Part shown: positions 11,470 to 24,984 of the stretch, piece by piece
Layout of the letters: each line of letters starts with the position of its first letter
Position numbering within the stretch: position 1 is the first letter of the stretch
DNA from: Mobula hypostoma
Taxonomy: Eukaryota
NCBI RefSeq assembly: GCF_963921235.1
Contig: NC_086109.1
Location: 22,446,001 to 22,510,000 of the forward strand
Length of the DNA: 64,000 bases
Direction of reading: 5' to 3'
Translations under genes and position numbers: made by a program
Notes under the pieces: generated by a model
Seen by the model: the letters and a program-made list of their open reading frames with translations, nothing else
What the model was told of the DNA's origin: nothing
Databases searched by the model: none

Positions 11470-13190
11470 TGATGACCATCAAGTGCAATGTACTGGTTTT
11501 GGGGAAATTCTCACCAATCTTTACAGGATGGTTGAAGGTGGTGGTTTTGTTTCCCTAACTACCCATCTTTGCATGACTTATGTGCCAAGGGGTTGGTGGG
11601 AAGAGTTCTCATCACGTGAATTCTATCATGCTGAGTAAACTTCCAATAATTCGGTGTCTTGTTTTGCCCTTTCCTCCACCTTTGATTCTCAATTAAGCTG
11701 AATGAGGCTAAGTCAGATCCAGAGCCTCCCGTTCCACAGGGGTGTATTCTGTTGTGGAGCGTGATGTTGCAATGAGTGTAGAAGAAATGCACTGTTGACA
11801 TTTCATCATGATACCTGCTTAATCTTCCACAGCCTTTTCCTTCGATCACTCCTTTGTGAGCTGATCTTTCCCCTTCCTTGTTTGAAGCTAGTCAGTAAGG
11901 AAATATGAACTGGTGCTCTATTCCTTTATGTTCAAATCTAAATGATCTAATCTGTGGCCCACTGCCTGACACAATTGGTATTGGAAACCATATCTGGGAA
12001 AACATGGATCTTACTTTCTTTATCGTGCATTCTGTGATTGTGCTAGACCTGACCTGTTCTATTTCTCATCACTTCAAATGGCTGCCAATTAAAATTGAAA
12101 GGTTGTCCTTTTTCTTTTAGATTATGATTAGATTAGATTATGAGGACACGCAGTCCTCTTTTATTGTCATTTAGTAATGCATGCATTAAGAAATGATACA
12201 ATATTCCTCCGGTGTGATATCACAGAAACACAGGACAGACCAAGACTGAAAAACTAACAAAAACTACATAATTATAACATATAGTTACAACAGTGCAACA
12301 ATACCATAACTTGATGAAGAACAGGCCACGGCACAGTAAAAAAGTTCAAAGTCTCTTGAAAGTCCCACATCTTGCGCAGACGGGAGAAGGAAGAAAACTC
12401 TTCCCTGCCATGCCCGACCACAGTCCAACTCTGAGTTGTCCGAAAACTTCGAGTCTCCGATCAGCCCTCCGACACTGAGTACCGAGCGCCATCTCTATCC
12501 AAACGCTTTGACCTCAGCCTCGGTTGCCAGCAGCAGGCAAAGCCGGGGGTTTTGGGCCTTCCCTCCGGAAGATTCTTGATCGCCCAGTAACAGCGGCAGT
12601 GAACCAGCATTTCAGAAATTTCTCCAGATGTTCCTCTGTGCTTTCACATCTGTCTCCATCAAATCAGAATTGTCTACGGCCCCTATTAACAGATACGATA
12701 TCATTTCACCGGAGCGCTGTGCACGCTGCGTCGTGCTGCCATCTTCTCCTCCCGCCGTGTAATTGTCAAGATCCTTGCAGCTTGCCAGACAGCATTGAGC
12801 TTCTTGGCTTTTTGAATACATGTATTTACTAATCATCATCTTAACTAGCAGTATTAAGCCCTTGTGTTTTCAGTTTAATCTTGTCAAGTTAATCGTGGCT
12901 GGTGGTCTATGATGATTTAAGCAGAACTCTCAGTCGGTGCCTTAGTGGGGTCATTGTGTCAGAGAGGATGAATTCTCGTGGTATCGCACATTCGCTCCTC
13001 CAAAGTTCTGATCCCAATGTTTAATCTCTTGTTTCCCTGTCTCTTCCTGGGGAACCTGCCGTTCCTCTGCACCTGGGTCTAGTCCTTCGTGAGGGCATTA
13101 TGACAATAATCGATACGAATCTGCAGGAATGCTGCAGTTACCTTTCCACTGCTGTGGTGGTGCTTCAACAGGTTTTTCTGAATTCCTAAA
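11470..13190 (-). mobile_element. Heavily decayed Gypsy-type LTR retrotransposon integrase, split by the insertion at 12118-12756
   Basis: Manual translation across stops and shifts: LIGSHLK**EI..RSST.TECTIKKVRSMFS/RYGF/PIPIVSGSGPQ..KGIEH..FPY*LASNKEGER, resembling IDSHSKW..VSDNGPQF..PYHPASNGxAER. Confidence 0.65.
12118..12756 (-). mobile_element. About 640-bp non-autonomous retroelement, copy 1
   Basis: Starts GGCGGGAGGAGAAGATGGCAGC and ends GACAATAAAAGAGGACTGCGTGTCCTCATAATC(TAATC)n on minus; colinear with 35596-36212. Confidence 0.85.
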
Positions 13191-14437
13191 CCTTGATAAA
13201 GACATTAAAGACCTTGAACCAGAGGGAATAACTTCACTCAATTCCACCGTACTGTTCCCACAACCTATGGACTCATGTTCTTGATATTTGTTGTTTATTC
13301 ATTATTATTATTTTGCTTGCTTTTTGTTTTTTAGTTGTTTCTTTGTATTTACTGTGAACGCCTAAAAGAAAATGAATCTCAGGGCTGTAGACAGTGACAT
13401 ATATGTGCTTTGACAATAAATTTACTTTGAACTCTGAAAGACTCTAGCTGCATATCTACTGGCTAGATCTTTTATGCCTTTATCTGTGCCAGGCCAATTG
13501 CCAAATTCCATAGACACTGCCTTTATATTCATTTAGCCCTCATGTGCTTTGCATGTAAAGTCTCCACATGCTATGAAATCACTTCTTTGTGTTCCCATTT
13601 TATGCAATTATTATTGCAACAATCTGTAGCATCTGGCTTCATGTCTTCAATCTGACCAGTGTCCTGTTTAGGCCAATTACCGCAAGTGTACTCATATACT
13701 TGTCACTGTCTTTACATAGTTCTTAATAATATTAATTTAAGTCTATGTTAACTTACATTTGTCATGTTTGTAATGTACTGTTCTGCTTCTGCAAGATGCT
13801 AGCTTTCATTTACGTATACCGTGGGTATGTATGCCTATGGCAATAAAGTTAAACTTGAAACTTGAAATTCTGTGTCTGTGAAGTCATTTTACACTGCCCA
13901 TTGAGTACAGAACATAGAACATTACAGTACAGGGCAGGACCTTCCACCCACAATGTTCAAAGTAAATGTTGTACTGACCTTGGAACCTACTCTAACATCA
14001 CTCAAATCCTTCCCTCCTACATAATCCTCCATTTTTCTATCATCCTTGTGTCGATCTAAATGTCTCTAATGTACCTGCCTCCATTGCCGCCCCCACAAAA
14101 ATGCCATCTTTTTGTGTTTATTGGAGTTTCTTCATCAGGTCATGTTGACAGGAGTTCCGATGACAGGTCTTCAACATGACATGTTAACGAGTTGCTCTTT
14201 CCACAGATACTGCTTGACTGGCTGAGTTCTTCCTGTATTTCATGTTTTTTTTTGTGTGTCAGATACGAGCATCTGCAGATTCATTTGCTTTCCAGCCTTG
14301 CCAAGGAACCCACAGTGGTATTTTGTTTGAATGCTCCGTGAGTACAAAGAATTTGGCTCCATAAGCCAAACCGCTTTAGATTTCTTAGGGTTGCCTTTAT
14401 GGGAAAAGCATACTCTGGTTCCAGAATTGGTATAGAT

Positions 14438-14499
14438 CAGGGGTTCCCAACCTTTTTTATGCCATGGACCAATATCATTCACCAAGTTGGGAACCCATG
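14438..14499. mobile_element. 62-bp hAT-type MITE
   Basis: TIRs CAGGGGTTCCCAAC / GTTGGGAACCCATG; 8-bp flanks GTATAGAT / GTCTAGGT. Confidence 0.7.
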
Positions 14500-14958
14500 G
14501 TCTAGGTGGACAATTGATGATTGGCATGAATATCCTCAAAAATGGTTCCATTCCATCTTTGCCACATAATGTGTGTTCTCATGCTCTAATGAAGTCCATT
14601 GCACAGTGACACCCTTATGGCATTATAGTATGTATTATTTACTTAAAGAGTTCTGCGTGCACTTGCATGATACTTTCTACCAGCACCGATGCAGTCCAGG
14701 GACCAGACCACGTCTGAAAGCCTTATAGTGTTCCTAAACAATGTTACATACAACACACCAACAAACTTTTATCAAATGCAAATGATGGCATTGTGCATCA
14801 GAGACTGAAGACTCTGCTCAGGTCTTTATGTATTTCCCCAAGCAAAACAATCTGCACTTCCTCACCCCTCATATCTTTGAAATATGTATTACTGTTTGCT
14901 TTAGGTGAAACGTTGGTTCAAAATTGATCCAAAATACTAGAAGGTGTTAAATATTCCT

Positions 14959-15089
14959 GCCAAAGGGTCTCAGTCTGAAACATCGGCTGTTCTCTTTTCC
15001 ATAGATGCTGCCTGGGCATGCTGAGATCCTCCAGCATTTTGTGTGTGTTGCTTTGATTTCCAGCATCTGCAGGTTTTCCCTTGTTCGTG
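14959..15089 (+). mobile_element. 5'-truncated Penelope-derived pseudo-LTR fragment
   Basis: Homologous to 10855-10949 and 26921-27028; perfect 13-bp TSD GTTAAATATTCCT at 14946-14958 and 15090-15102. Confidence 0.85.
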
Positions 15090-15469
15090 GTTAAATATTC
15101 CTACTGTTTTAAGGGAAAGGAAGGGAAGGAAACAAAATCCAGTGACTCTGTGAGTATCCTAATAATCCACTGGAATTGAGTTTAAGAATCAGGTGCGATC
15201 AAGTGCCCATAACTTACTACCATGGCTCTGTTTGTTGTACTGTTCCCACAGCATTAATAAACAACAAGAGAAAGTATATGACTGGCTGGATGATAATGGA
15301 AATAAATATGAAATATCATTAGTTGCTATTTTAATTATTCTGTTTACTTCAGATATTTTTATTGCCACTAGAATAGCAGCAAGACATTTTTAGACTTTTC
15401 AGTTCCCTGTTGTGAATCGAAAACGTGGTTTTAGTGGGGCTTTGTGAATGCAAATAGAATGAAAATTAC

Positions 15470-15536
15470 CCCGTCCTTCAGCATCTTCCATGTATAATCA
15501 ATGGCACATATTACACCTGTCCTTCCACAGCCGGCA
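15470..15536 (-). CDS. PTPN22: Exon 9 (67 nt): (S)[22 protein letters not shown]
   Basis: ccttgcAG acceptor, GTAATT donor; completes the [11 protein letters not shown]-loop. Confidence 0.96.
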
Positions 15537-17746
15537 CTGCAAGGTAAAGGAGAGACAGAGTTGGACATTAGTTCAAGTTCAATACTGTAGTCATTCAACC
15601 ATACACATGTATACAGCTAAATGAAACATCGTTCCTCAGGGGCCAAGGTGCAAAGGTGACTACTCATATAGTCACACAGAACACATACAATATTAGTGTA
15701 AGTCTCGGAGTGGCATGGACTGAGGATTGACACGTTGACATAGAGGGCAAGGCGGATGTTTGTGTAAGATTTTATAATGTTATTAGCACTATTATAATAA
15801 AACCAGCAGTCATATAAATATGTGAAATGACAGCAACAAGACATGAAAATCAATCAGTGCAGGATGAGAGTGTGTCTGTGAGTTGGGGGGGGGGTGAGGT
15901 TTAGGAGAATATAATGGAAAATGAAACATTTTTTATCCAGATAGCAGGAGAGTTTGTCTCCTCAGTGAGAACATGATATTCACTTTGAAATTTAAAAACT
16001 TCGAAAAGCTTAATCTCATTGCTATAAACAATTAGTCAAGGTTGAGTTTGGTTCTCAGCTGGGCATTTTGATCGGGAGTTTTTACACTACACTCCCTGAT
16101 TTCAACCCATTGCCAGGCTCAGTGTTCTAGCTAAGAGCAGATGCTGGCGTACCTGGGTGGATAAAATAGAAATGTAGTCAAAACAACTTGTCTAATCTTT
16201 CAACACCAATTTTCATTTTGGAAGTATGTTTTGTGCGCTAAAACACTGCAAAGCACTGCACACCAGTGTTATTAGACAAAACGTTTCTGAAAAAAGCCAA
16301 CTTTGGAGACATGTATATGGTAGGGCAAGAAGAAGTTGGGGAGACAGACAAGGTGCGAGACCATAGGTGAATTTGAACATGAGGACAACAATCTTATTGG
16401 TCAGAAGCCAACATAAGTCAGGTACAAAGCTCTTTCACCTTCCAGTTTTGCTGACTTCCATCCCCCTCTCTCTCTGCCCCAAGAGCCTTGCCTGTAATGT
16501 GGTGTTCCTACAATACTACACCTCTAAGGCATTTCTCTTATTCCCTTTGAATTGTACATCCCCCTTCCTTCTCTCTGTATCCTCACCTACATAGAAGGCA
16601 CTCTACTAAAATAATAATTATTTAATTATTTATGGTGCAACTGTAACAAAATCCAATTTCCTCGGGATCAATAAAGTATAACTATGACTATCAAAGAGAA
16701 TTGAACTGCAAAGCCAAAAATTCCAGAGTCAAAACACTGAAGCAGCATGAGAAAAGAACAGAGGGAGGGGTCCACTCGGTTGAATGCCTTCTTTTTCATT
16801 CTAAGACTTAATATATCTCAGAAATCATAAAGGGCACCAGGGTTTAGTCAGATAAATACGAGCCCCTGAACCTTGGGAAATGATTCGAAGAGTTTCTGAG
16901 GTACAGGACTAATCTGCTCTGAGAGAAGCAAGGATAAATTAAGGTTAGACAGCATGGCTTTGCTGAGGAAAGATAAATTTATCTAATTTGATACAATTTT
17001 TCAAAGTAGTAAGTAAGATTCAAGATTGTTTATTGCCATTTTTCAGTACTCAAGTGTGAAGAGGAGTTAAATGATTGTTATTTTGAATCCGATGCAGTAT
17101 CAACTAGGTTGAGCGTGTTGGGATTGGGATTGTGTAAGTGAACTCCTGTAAGGACTTGGACAAGGTTCTACGTGGGATACTGGTCCAAAAGGTAAGAGAC
17201 CATGGATGTTGTTGGGGAGGAGAATTTCAGCTAAGTGGAGAAACCCCATGGGCTCAGCTTCCTTATCATGAAAAAGAAATACAAAAGAAATACACCAGGG
17301 GACCCAAATATAAAACTATAAGGGGCTCAGAAAGGATAGAGGGAAACTGTTCCTTTTAGCAGGGGTATCCATAACCAAGAGAAGATTTTGCAAAGAATTT
17401 TCATTCAGAGGTTTGTTAAAGCATAGTGTGCATTGCCCAAGGACATAGTGGAGACAGGTACTCTCATTACATGTAAGAAAAGTATTCAGATGAACACTTA
17501 AATACAATGGGTTGGAAAAATGGATTATTATAGGTGGGTACGTGACAGTCAGCATTGACACGGTGGGATGAAAAGCAATGGCTTCTATCACTCAATGGCT
17601 AATTGTGGAGAATCCTCAGACACTTTGCATCCAAGCTGCTTTATTCTAAGGAAATGGAATTTTCTAACCCATTCTTTCCGAGGACCTGGTGTTACCTGCT
17701 CAATATTTCCCACCTCTCAATAATAAGAGGCTGAAATCCAAGCTAA

Positions 17747-18305
17747 ATTGATTGGCCATTTTATGAGGTACACCTGCAAACCTGCTCATTAATGCAAATA
17801 TCTATTCAGCCAATCATGTGGCAGCAATACAATTCATAAAAGCATGTAGGCATGACCAATAGGTTCAGTTGTTGTTCAGACCAAACATCAGAATGGGCAA
17901 GAAATATGATCTAAGTGACACTGACCACAGAATGATTGTTGGTGCCAGATGGGGTGGTTTGAGTATCTCAGAAAATGCTGACCTTCTGAGATTTTCACAT
18001 ACAATAGCCTCTAGAGTTAACAGAGGATGGTGTGAAAAACAGAAAGCATCCAGTGAGTGGCAGTTCTGTGGGCAAAAACACCTTGTTAATGAGAGACGTT
18101 AGAGAACAAGGGCCAGACTGGTTCAAGCTGACAGGAAGTTGACAGTTAACCACGCGTTGCCACACAAGAAGTAACCGCACGCTACAATGGTGGTAAGCGG
18201 AATGTACCTCTGAACACTCAACACATTGAAACTTGAAATGGATGGGCTACAGCAGCAGAAGACCAAAGTTCCTTTCCTGTATCTAATAAAGTGGCCATTG
18301 AGTGT
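17747..18305 (+). mobile_element. Internally deleted Tc1 transposon
   Basis: TIRs (attggccattttatgaggtac / gtatctaataaagtggccattgagtg) and transposase N-terminal remnant MGKKYDLSD.D.RMIVGAR.GGLSISE.ADLL.FSHT..SRV. Confidence 0.85.
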
Positions 18306-19039
18306 ACGCCACTTAAAAAAAATCACCTCATGGATGATATTCTGTTTTTCTATTATTTAATGGCCAAAGATTTTTTTTTAAACTGTACAGAAGTGATATT
18401 TCAACATTACACTTTGTAAAAGTGGGAGCAGCAGAGTTGGGCTAGACCCAGGAATTGTAATGCAGGAGAAACCAGTTATTAAGTCACTAGTGTGGGCAGA
18501 CGCAAAGAATCCTTCAAGGGCCAGAATAATTTACATGAAAAGGCTCACTTGTGGTCATCCTCTATCACCTTCTCCCTCCTGTCACCCACGCCACATCCTG
18601 CTCGCTGTCTTGTTTTCTCCGCAGTCCCAACTTCAGCACGTCATATATCTGCTCGTTACATATGGTGTTCATTTGTGCTGCTCCTTGCATGATAACACTT
18701 TTGTTTATCTGATATATTACTTGTCCATCCCTGAACTGTACAAGTTAGTGGAACACAGATGCAGTAGTAAACACTTTGCCACTATAATGGCCAACTCTGA
18801 TTCTGCCTCCTTCTCACCAGTCAGACAAGGAAACTATGTACATGGATGCTCAGTAATCTCCAGGTTCCCCCTTACACACAATCATGGGATTCCTTCATCG
18901 TAACCCATTCAAAATCCTGGATCTCCCTTCTGCAGAATCTTTACACCATGAGCCACAGCCATTCAACAAGATAGTTCACGGTAACTTGATGTGAGCTAGG
19001 AATTGGCAATAAAAGATTTGGTGGACAAAGGAGAATCAT

Positions 19040-22000
19040 TCAGAGTGAATTTATTATCTAAGTAGATATGCAGTGTGTCATTATATACATCCCTGAGATT
19101 CATTTTCTTGTGGGCATACTTAATACATCCATAATAGAATAATAACCATAATAGAATCAATGAAAGACTACATCAACTTGGGCATTCAACCCAACATGCA
19201 AAAGGCAACAAACTGTGCAAATACAAAAAGGAAAAAAAAGTAATACATGTATAAGCAATAAATATTGAGAACATGAGATGACAAGTCCTTGAAAGTGAGC
19301 CCATAGGTTGTGGGAATATTTCAATAATGGGGCAAGTGAAGTTATCTCCGTTGGTTCAAGAGTCTGATGGTTGAGGGGTGGTAACCATTCCTGAACCTGG
19401 TTTGTGAGTCCTGAGGTTTCTGTACCACCTTCCTGATGGCAGTAGTGAGAAGAGAGCGTGCCTAGGGTGGTGGGGGTCCCTGACGATGGATGCTGCTTTC
19501 CTGCAACAACACTTGGTGTAGATGTGATCAATTGTTGGGAGGGCTTTACCCATGATGGACTGGGCTGTATCCACTACTTTTTGTAGCATTTTCCATTCAA
19601 GGGCATTGGAGTTTCCACACCAAGCTGTGATACAGCCAGTCAGTATCCTCTCTGCTACACATTTAATTAAATTTGTTAAAGTTTTAGACGTCATGCCAAA
19701 TCTACACAAACTTCTAAGGAAGTAGAGGCGTTGTTGTGCTTCTTTTGTAATTGCACTTTATGTGCTGACCCCAGGACAGGTCCTTCAAAATAATAACACC
19801 AAAGAATTTAAAGCTCTCCACCACTGATGATCGACCGGTTCATGGACCTTTGGTTTCCTCCTCCTGAAATCAATAATCAGCTCCTTAGTCTTGCTGACAT
19901 TGAGTGAGAGGTTGTTGTGGCACCACTCAGCCAGATTTTCAATCTCCCTCCTATATGCTGATTCATCACCACCTTTGTTTCGACCTACAAATCAGCAAAC
20001 TTAAATATAGTATTGGAGCTGTGCTTAACCACACAGTCATAAGTATAAAGCGAGTTGAGCAGGGGACTAAGCACACAGCCTTGTGGTGCACCTGTGCTGC
20101 TGGAGATTGTGGAGGAGATGTTGTTGTCAATCTGAACCGATTGGGTTCTGCAAGTGAGAAAATTGAGGATCCAATTACACAAGGAAGTACTGAGGCCAAG
20201 GTCTTGAAGCTTATTGATTAGCTTTGAGGGGATAATTGTATTGAATGCCGAGCTATAGTTGATAAAGATGCATTCTGATGTATGCATCTTTGCTGTCCAG
20301 ATGTTCCAGGGCTGAGTAAAGAGCATCTGCTGTGGTCCTGTTGCTCCGGTAGGCAAATTGGAATGGATCTAAGATGCTTCTCTGGCAGGAGATATGTTTC
20401 AGCAGCAACCTTTCAAAACACAAGTGCTGCTAGATGATAGTCATTGAAGCTGGTAACCACATTCTTCTTAGGCACTGGTATAATTGAAGCCTGCTTGAAG
20501 CAGGTGGCTGCCTCAGACTGCTGAAGCGAGAGGTTAAAGATCTCAATGAACACTTCAGCCAGTTGATCACTTCAGGTCTTTAGTACATGGCCATGCGCCC
20601 CACCTGGGCTGGATACTTTTTGTGTGTTCACCCTCCTGAAGGCTGCTCGCACGTCAGCCTCAAACTGAAATCACAAGATCATAGGAGGCTGTGGGAGTTT
20701 GTGACAGTTCCTCCATGTTTTGACAGTCAAAGCGAGCATATGAGGCATTGATCTCAACTGCAAGTGAAGCTGAGTTGTCACCTATGCCGCTTGATTTAAC
20801 TTTATAAGAGTTATTCATGCCCTACTGGAACTGTTGAGCATCCTACATTGATTCAAATTTAGTCCAGTATAGCAACTTCACCCATGAAATGGCTTTCCAG
20901 AGATCGTACTTGGACCTCTTGTAACGTTCTTGGTCTCCAGACTTGAATGCCTCTGACCTGGCCCTCAGCAGATCGTGGATCTCATTATTCATCCAGGGCC
21001 TCTGGTTGGGGAAGACTCTGAATGATTTTGTGGGGGGCACAAGCATCTACAACTGTTTTAATAAAGTCCATGACAGCCTTGGTGTATTCATTCAGATCCA
21101 TAGATAAGTCCTTGGACATGAAGCAATCGCATAGCTACTCCTCTGCCTCCTGCAACCACCTCTTTATTGCCATAATCTCTGGATCTCTGATCTTTAGCCG
21201 ATGCCTGTAAGCATCTAGGAGATATTATCAGATTTACCAATATGCAGTCTGGGCATGGAACGGTAGGTATTCCTTATCTTAGTATAACAGTAGTCTAGTG
21301 TGTTGGGACCTCTGGTGCTGCAGGTTATATGCTGATGTTAATTGGGCAAGGTTGTCTTCAAACACACCTGGTTGAAGTTCCCAACTATGATTTGAAATGC
21401 ATCAGAATGGGCTGTTTCTTGTTTGGAGACAACATAATGCAGTATCTCAAGCATTTGATTATATTCAACCGCTGATAGTATGTAAACTGTGGTCAGGCTT
21501 ATGGAGGAGAACTCCCTAGATAGGTACAATGGACAGCAGTTGACTGTTAGGTGTTCAAAACTTGGGGAACATGAGTTTGACAAAACTGCCACATCGAAGC
21601 ACCACCAGAAGTTTATCATGACACACACATCTCTACCTTTTGCCATTTCCAAATCAGCAGTATCGAATATTTCGTAAATCAAGCTGCCTTTGGGCCTGAT
21701 CACTGTATCTAGCATGTTGGAAATAAGCCATGTCTCATTCAAACATAAAACACAACAATCTCTCATTTCCTTCCAATACAGCAATCTTGCACTCAGGTCC
21801 TCAATTTTCTTCTCCAGCGACTGAACATTAGCTAACAAAATGTTGGGTAGAGGGGGCCTTATCTCTATGAATTATAGCCAGACTTGAAAACCCCACCCTA
21901 CCCCTTGCCTCACTTCTGGCCATGGCAATGAACCTTCATCCATTTAGAGATGCTGTACTCGCTTGCTTGAGAGTTAAGTCCTTATAAGATCGTGAAATCT

Positions 22001-22130
22001 GTAGATCTTTAAGTTGATGTAAAAGTACATTGCTCAAAGGGAAATTACATGCTGCAGATTGCAATGAAAGTGATTTAAAAGAGGTATATTTATAAGTATT
22101 GTACATAGGCTGCAGAATGTCATCATGGTT
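19040..22130 (-). mobile_element. Near full-length decayed Rex1/Babar-like LINE (endonuclease + RT)
   Basis: [69 protein letters not shown], with many stops and shifts. Confidence 0.9.
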
Positions 22131-22460
22131 CACCATCAACAAATTAGGATAATACAGTTCACAGGATAAGATCCGAAGTTCTTTCTATCTACATTAGTAC
22201 TGAATATCTATTAAAACAGTTTTGAGTATGACAGGAAAACTTGAAATAATTTGCTTGACAGAATTGTTTATTGGCAACAATGGAAAAATAAAACTATCAG
22301 AAGAATATTTTTACTGCTAGGTTTTTCTCTTTTGAAACCTAGAAGGTATTGGGAATCAGCATTCAGCCAAAAGAAGCCATGAAGGGCTGAACTTGTGTTT
22401 GTAAACGTGTGATCCTTATGGCTATTCAGTTCTTTAAGCTCTTAGCAATTGCTGGCTTAC

Positions 22461-22603
22461 CTGCAGTGGACACAGATGGGGACATCGTCATGCGGCTGAA
22501 TCTTCCGCATGTCCACTATCAGTTCCAAGATGGGATCTATTGAAGATGGAATGTCATGATCTGGCCAATTGACATAGTGAAGTTGATAAATCGTCCGATT
22601 GAG
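22461..22603 (-). CDS. PTPN22: Exon 8 (143 nt): [47 protein letters not shown] + 2 nt
   Basis: acacAG acceptor, GTAAGC donor; WPD loop and catalytic Cys. Confidence 0.96.
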
Positions 22604-23694
22604 CTGTGTTAGATAAAATCATATGTGTCAATATTTATCAAATGGAATTTACTGACTAACTGGAAGTGAGGAAATGGTCATCCCCACTTTATCTGCCAAT
22701 GTCAATATTAATCAAACCATCTCTTACGCAATACAATATTTAAGTATATGTCACCAGCCGGTAACTGATGAAATAATACACACTTACTTAATCAAAACCA
22801 CTCTTATTTTACCACTAAACAAAAAATAAAATTAAAATTTACAATCACACCCTGAATAAAAACAAGTACAGAGATACCTTGACTAAGTTAGTGATTATCA
22901 CAGATTTTTTTTAAACCTTCTGATCAGAAATAAAATTATTTGTAGGTGGATTCGCAATTAATATTTAGTTGATTACTAATAACGTCAGGTGATTGGTAGC
23001 TATGATGAAATAATAGTAAGATAACCAGATAACTGAAAACATCCATAAAAGTTACCAAAAGTTAATCTTCATTGGACTTGGTTGGTTCTGATGGGAACCT
23101 TGAGCATCTGTCTGAGGTGAAGGACTGAAATAGGCTTGTAGCTTTGTGCAGCACGTGCTAACTCATGGTGAATTGAAAGAAGCCAGTCTTTGGTAGAGTG
23201 ACCTAATTGATCCTACTTCCCCACTCTGTACCCATACCCTGTAAAGTCCGAGCAACTTATGTCATTTAAACGTCGCAACTGAATTTGCTCCTACCACCAG
23301 ACTGCGGACTCTAGACAACAACTCAAAGTGCATCTCATGGCCTCTCAGTTTCTTCTACAAATCAACTTAAATGTGTGTCCACTGATTATCAACCATTCTG
23401 CCACTGGAAAAAAACCTCTCTTTATTTAATCAAAACTATTCAGGGCTTTAAATACCCCAATCAAACATTTCATAACCTGGTCTTATCCAAGGAATCCAAT
23501 CCTATTTACTTCAGTTATTCCAAATTGGTATCACTCACTTTAAACCCTACCTTTTCATATGTTTGTATTCAGTGGTGTGCAGTTTTATGCAGAAAATATT
23601 TTCCAATTTGTTTTGTTGTTGAAAATACAAATTTAGATATGAAGATCTTCCTTATTATTATATCATTGAATCTAAGCTACCATGTTAAGTGTAT

Positions 23695-24010
23695 AGGGCA
23701 GCACAGTAGCATAGTGACTTGCATAATGCTTTACAGTGCCAGTGATCAAGGTTCAATTCCCACCACTCTCTGCAAGGAGATTATATGTTTTCCCTGTGAC
23801 CATGAGGGTTTCCTCCAGGTGCTCTGGTTTCGTCCCATATTCCAAAGATGTACAGGTTGGTAAGCTGTGGGTGTGCTATGTTGCTATCAGAAGCATGGCA
23901 ACACTTGCGGGCTGCTCCCATCAAATCCTTGGACTGTACTGGTCCTTGAGCAAAATGACGTATTTTATTGTCTGTTTCCATTTAAATGTGACAAATAAAT
24001 CTAACCTTAA
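23695..24010 (+). mobile_element. tRNA-derived SINE
   Basis: ggttcaattcc B box; gggtttcctccaggtgctctggtttc core; acaaataaatctaa tail. Confidence 0.8.
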
Positions 24011-24149
24011 AATCTTAGAAAAGTGAAAGAAAAATGGTTGTCCTAAGGAGCCAACAGTTCTGGGCAATTACACTATGTCTGACTATGATTGGTATTCACA
24101 TCCTTCATGGTAACAATTAGATACAAGTCTTTTAAATTATTTTACTCAC

Positions 24150-24209
24150 ATTTTGGAAATGAACTTTCAATGTTCTGAGAATGTATTCTGGTTTTACCTC
24201 CTCATGTTC
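24150..24209 (-). CDS. PTPN22: Exon 7 (60 nt): EHEEVKPEYILRTLKVHFQN
   Basis: tcctcttccAG acceptor, GTGAGT donor; YxxRTL strand of the PTP fold; phase 0/0. Confidence 0.92.
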
Positions 24210-24984
24210 CTGGAAGAGGAGAGACACATTGCAGAAGCATTACAAAACGGAGAGTACTTGGCCAATATGTAGAGTCACTTTTTTAATTCAAGCAGAATAA
24301 AATGGGTGACAAAGCCATATAAATATCACAGTCCAACATCCAGTGACACCCTCAATCACTGCTGGAGAATGAGTTGCTGGAGGAAGTAGTTGAGGCAGGT
24401 TCATTAACAATATTTAAAAGGCACTTGGTCAGGTACCTGGATAGAAAAGATTTAGAGCGATATGGGCCTAACATTGGCAAATGGGTCTCACTCAGATGGA
24501 AATCTTTGTCAGCATGGACCACTTGCACCACAGGATCTGTGACTCTGTGTGGGAAGTCATGAATACTTCCAGTGACCCAGTAGGAAATGTCTCCAATTAA
24601 ACTAGGCCACAAATCAATCACAAGGCGGAGAATCTCCTGTTCCCCAGCAACCAAGGAGTCCGGAGGCAGAGAGAGAATGGTAGACCAAGAGGGGCTGACT
24701 TGTAGTGGAGGATTCTCCTGAGAAAATCTGGAGCCTCTCCCACATACATCCCCTTTGGATAGTGTAATCCCACTGGGCCCTAACATACTCAACAAAAATA
24801 TCACTCAAATCCTCCCCACCAACCCCCCTCCCCCCACCTCAGACTCTCTGACCATTCATTCCCCCTATAATCCCCAACTCCTCTACCAATCAATAATGGC
24901 CTTTGGAAAGTCCACCAATTTATATTCCCTTTAAATACCATTTGGGGTGTGGTTCTTTGGGTTGTCTGCTCTGACACTGTGGCA

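Noticed and set aside
14150..14190. Further hammerhead-like motifs (also about 38780-38810)
   Set aside because: Core nucleotides are mutated (CCGATGA and GACA in one; AAAA for GAAA in the other), so these are relics of a related family and not called as ribozymes.
23695..23770. tRNA genes at SINE heads (also near 25000, 42720, 47340, 56400)
   Set aside because: Only decayed A/B boxes followed by SINE bodies; no complete cloverleaf.
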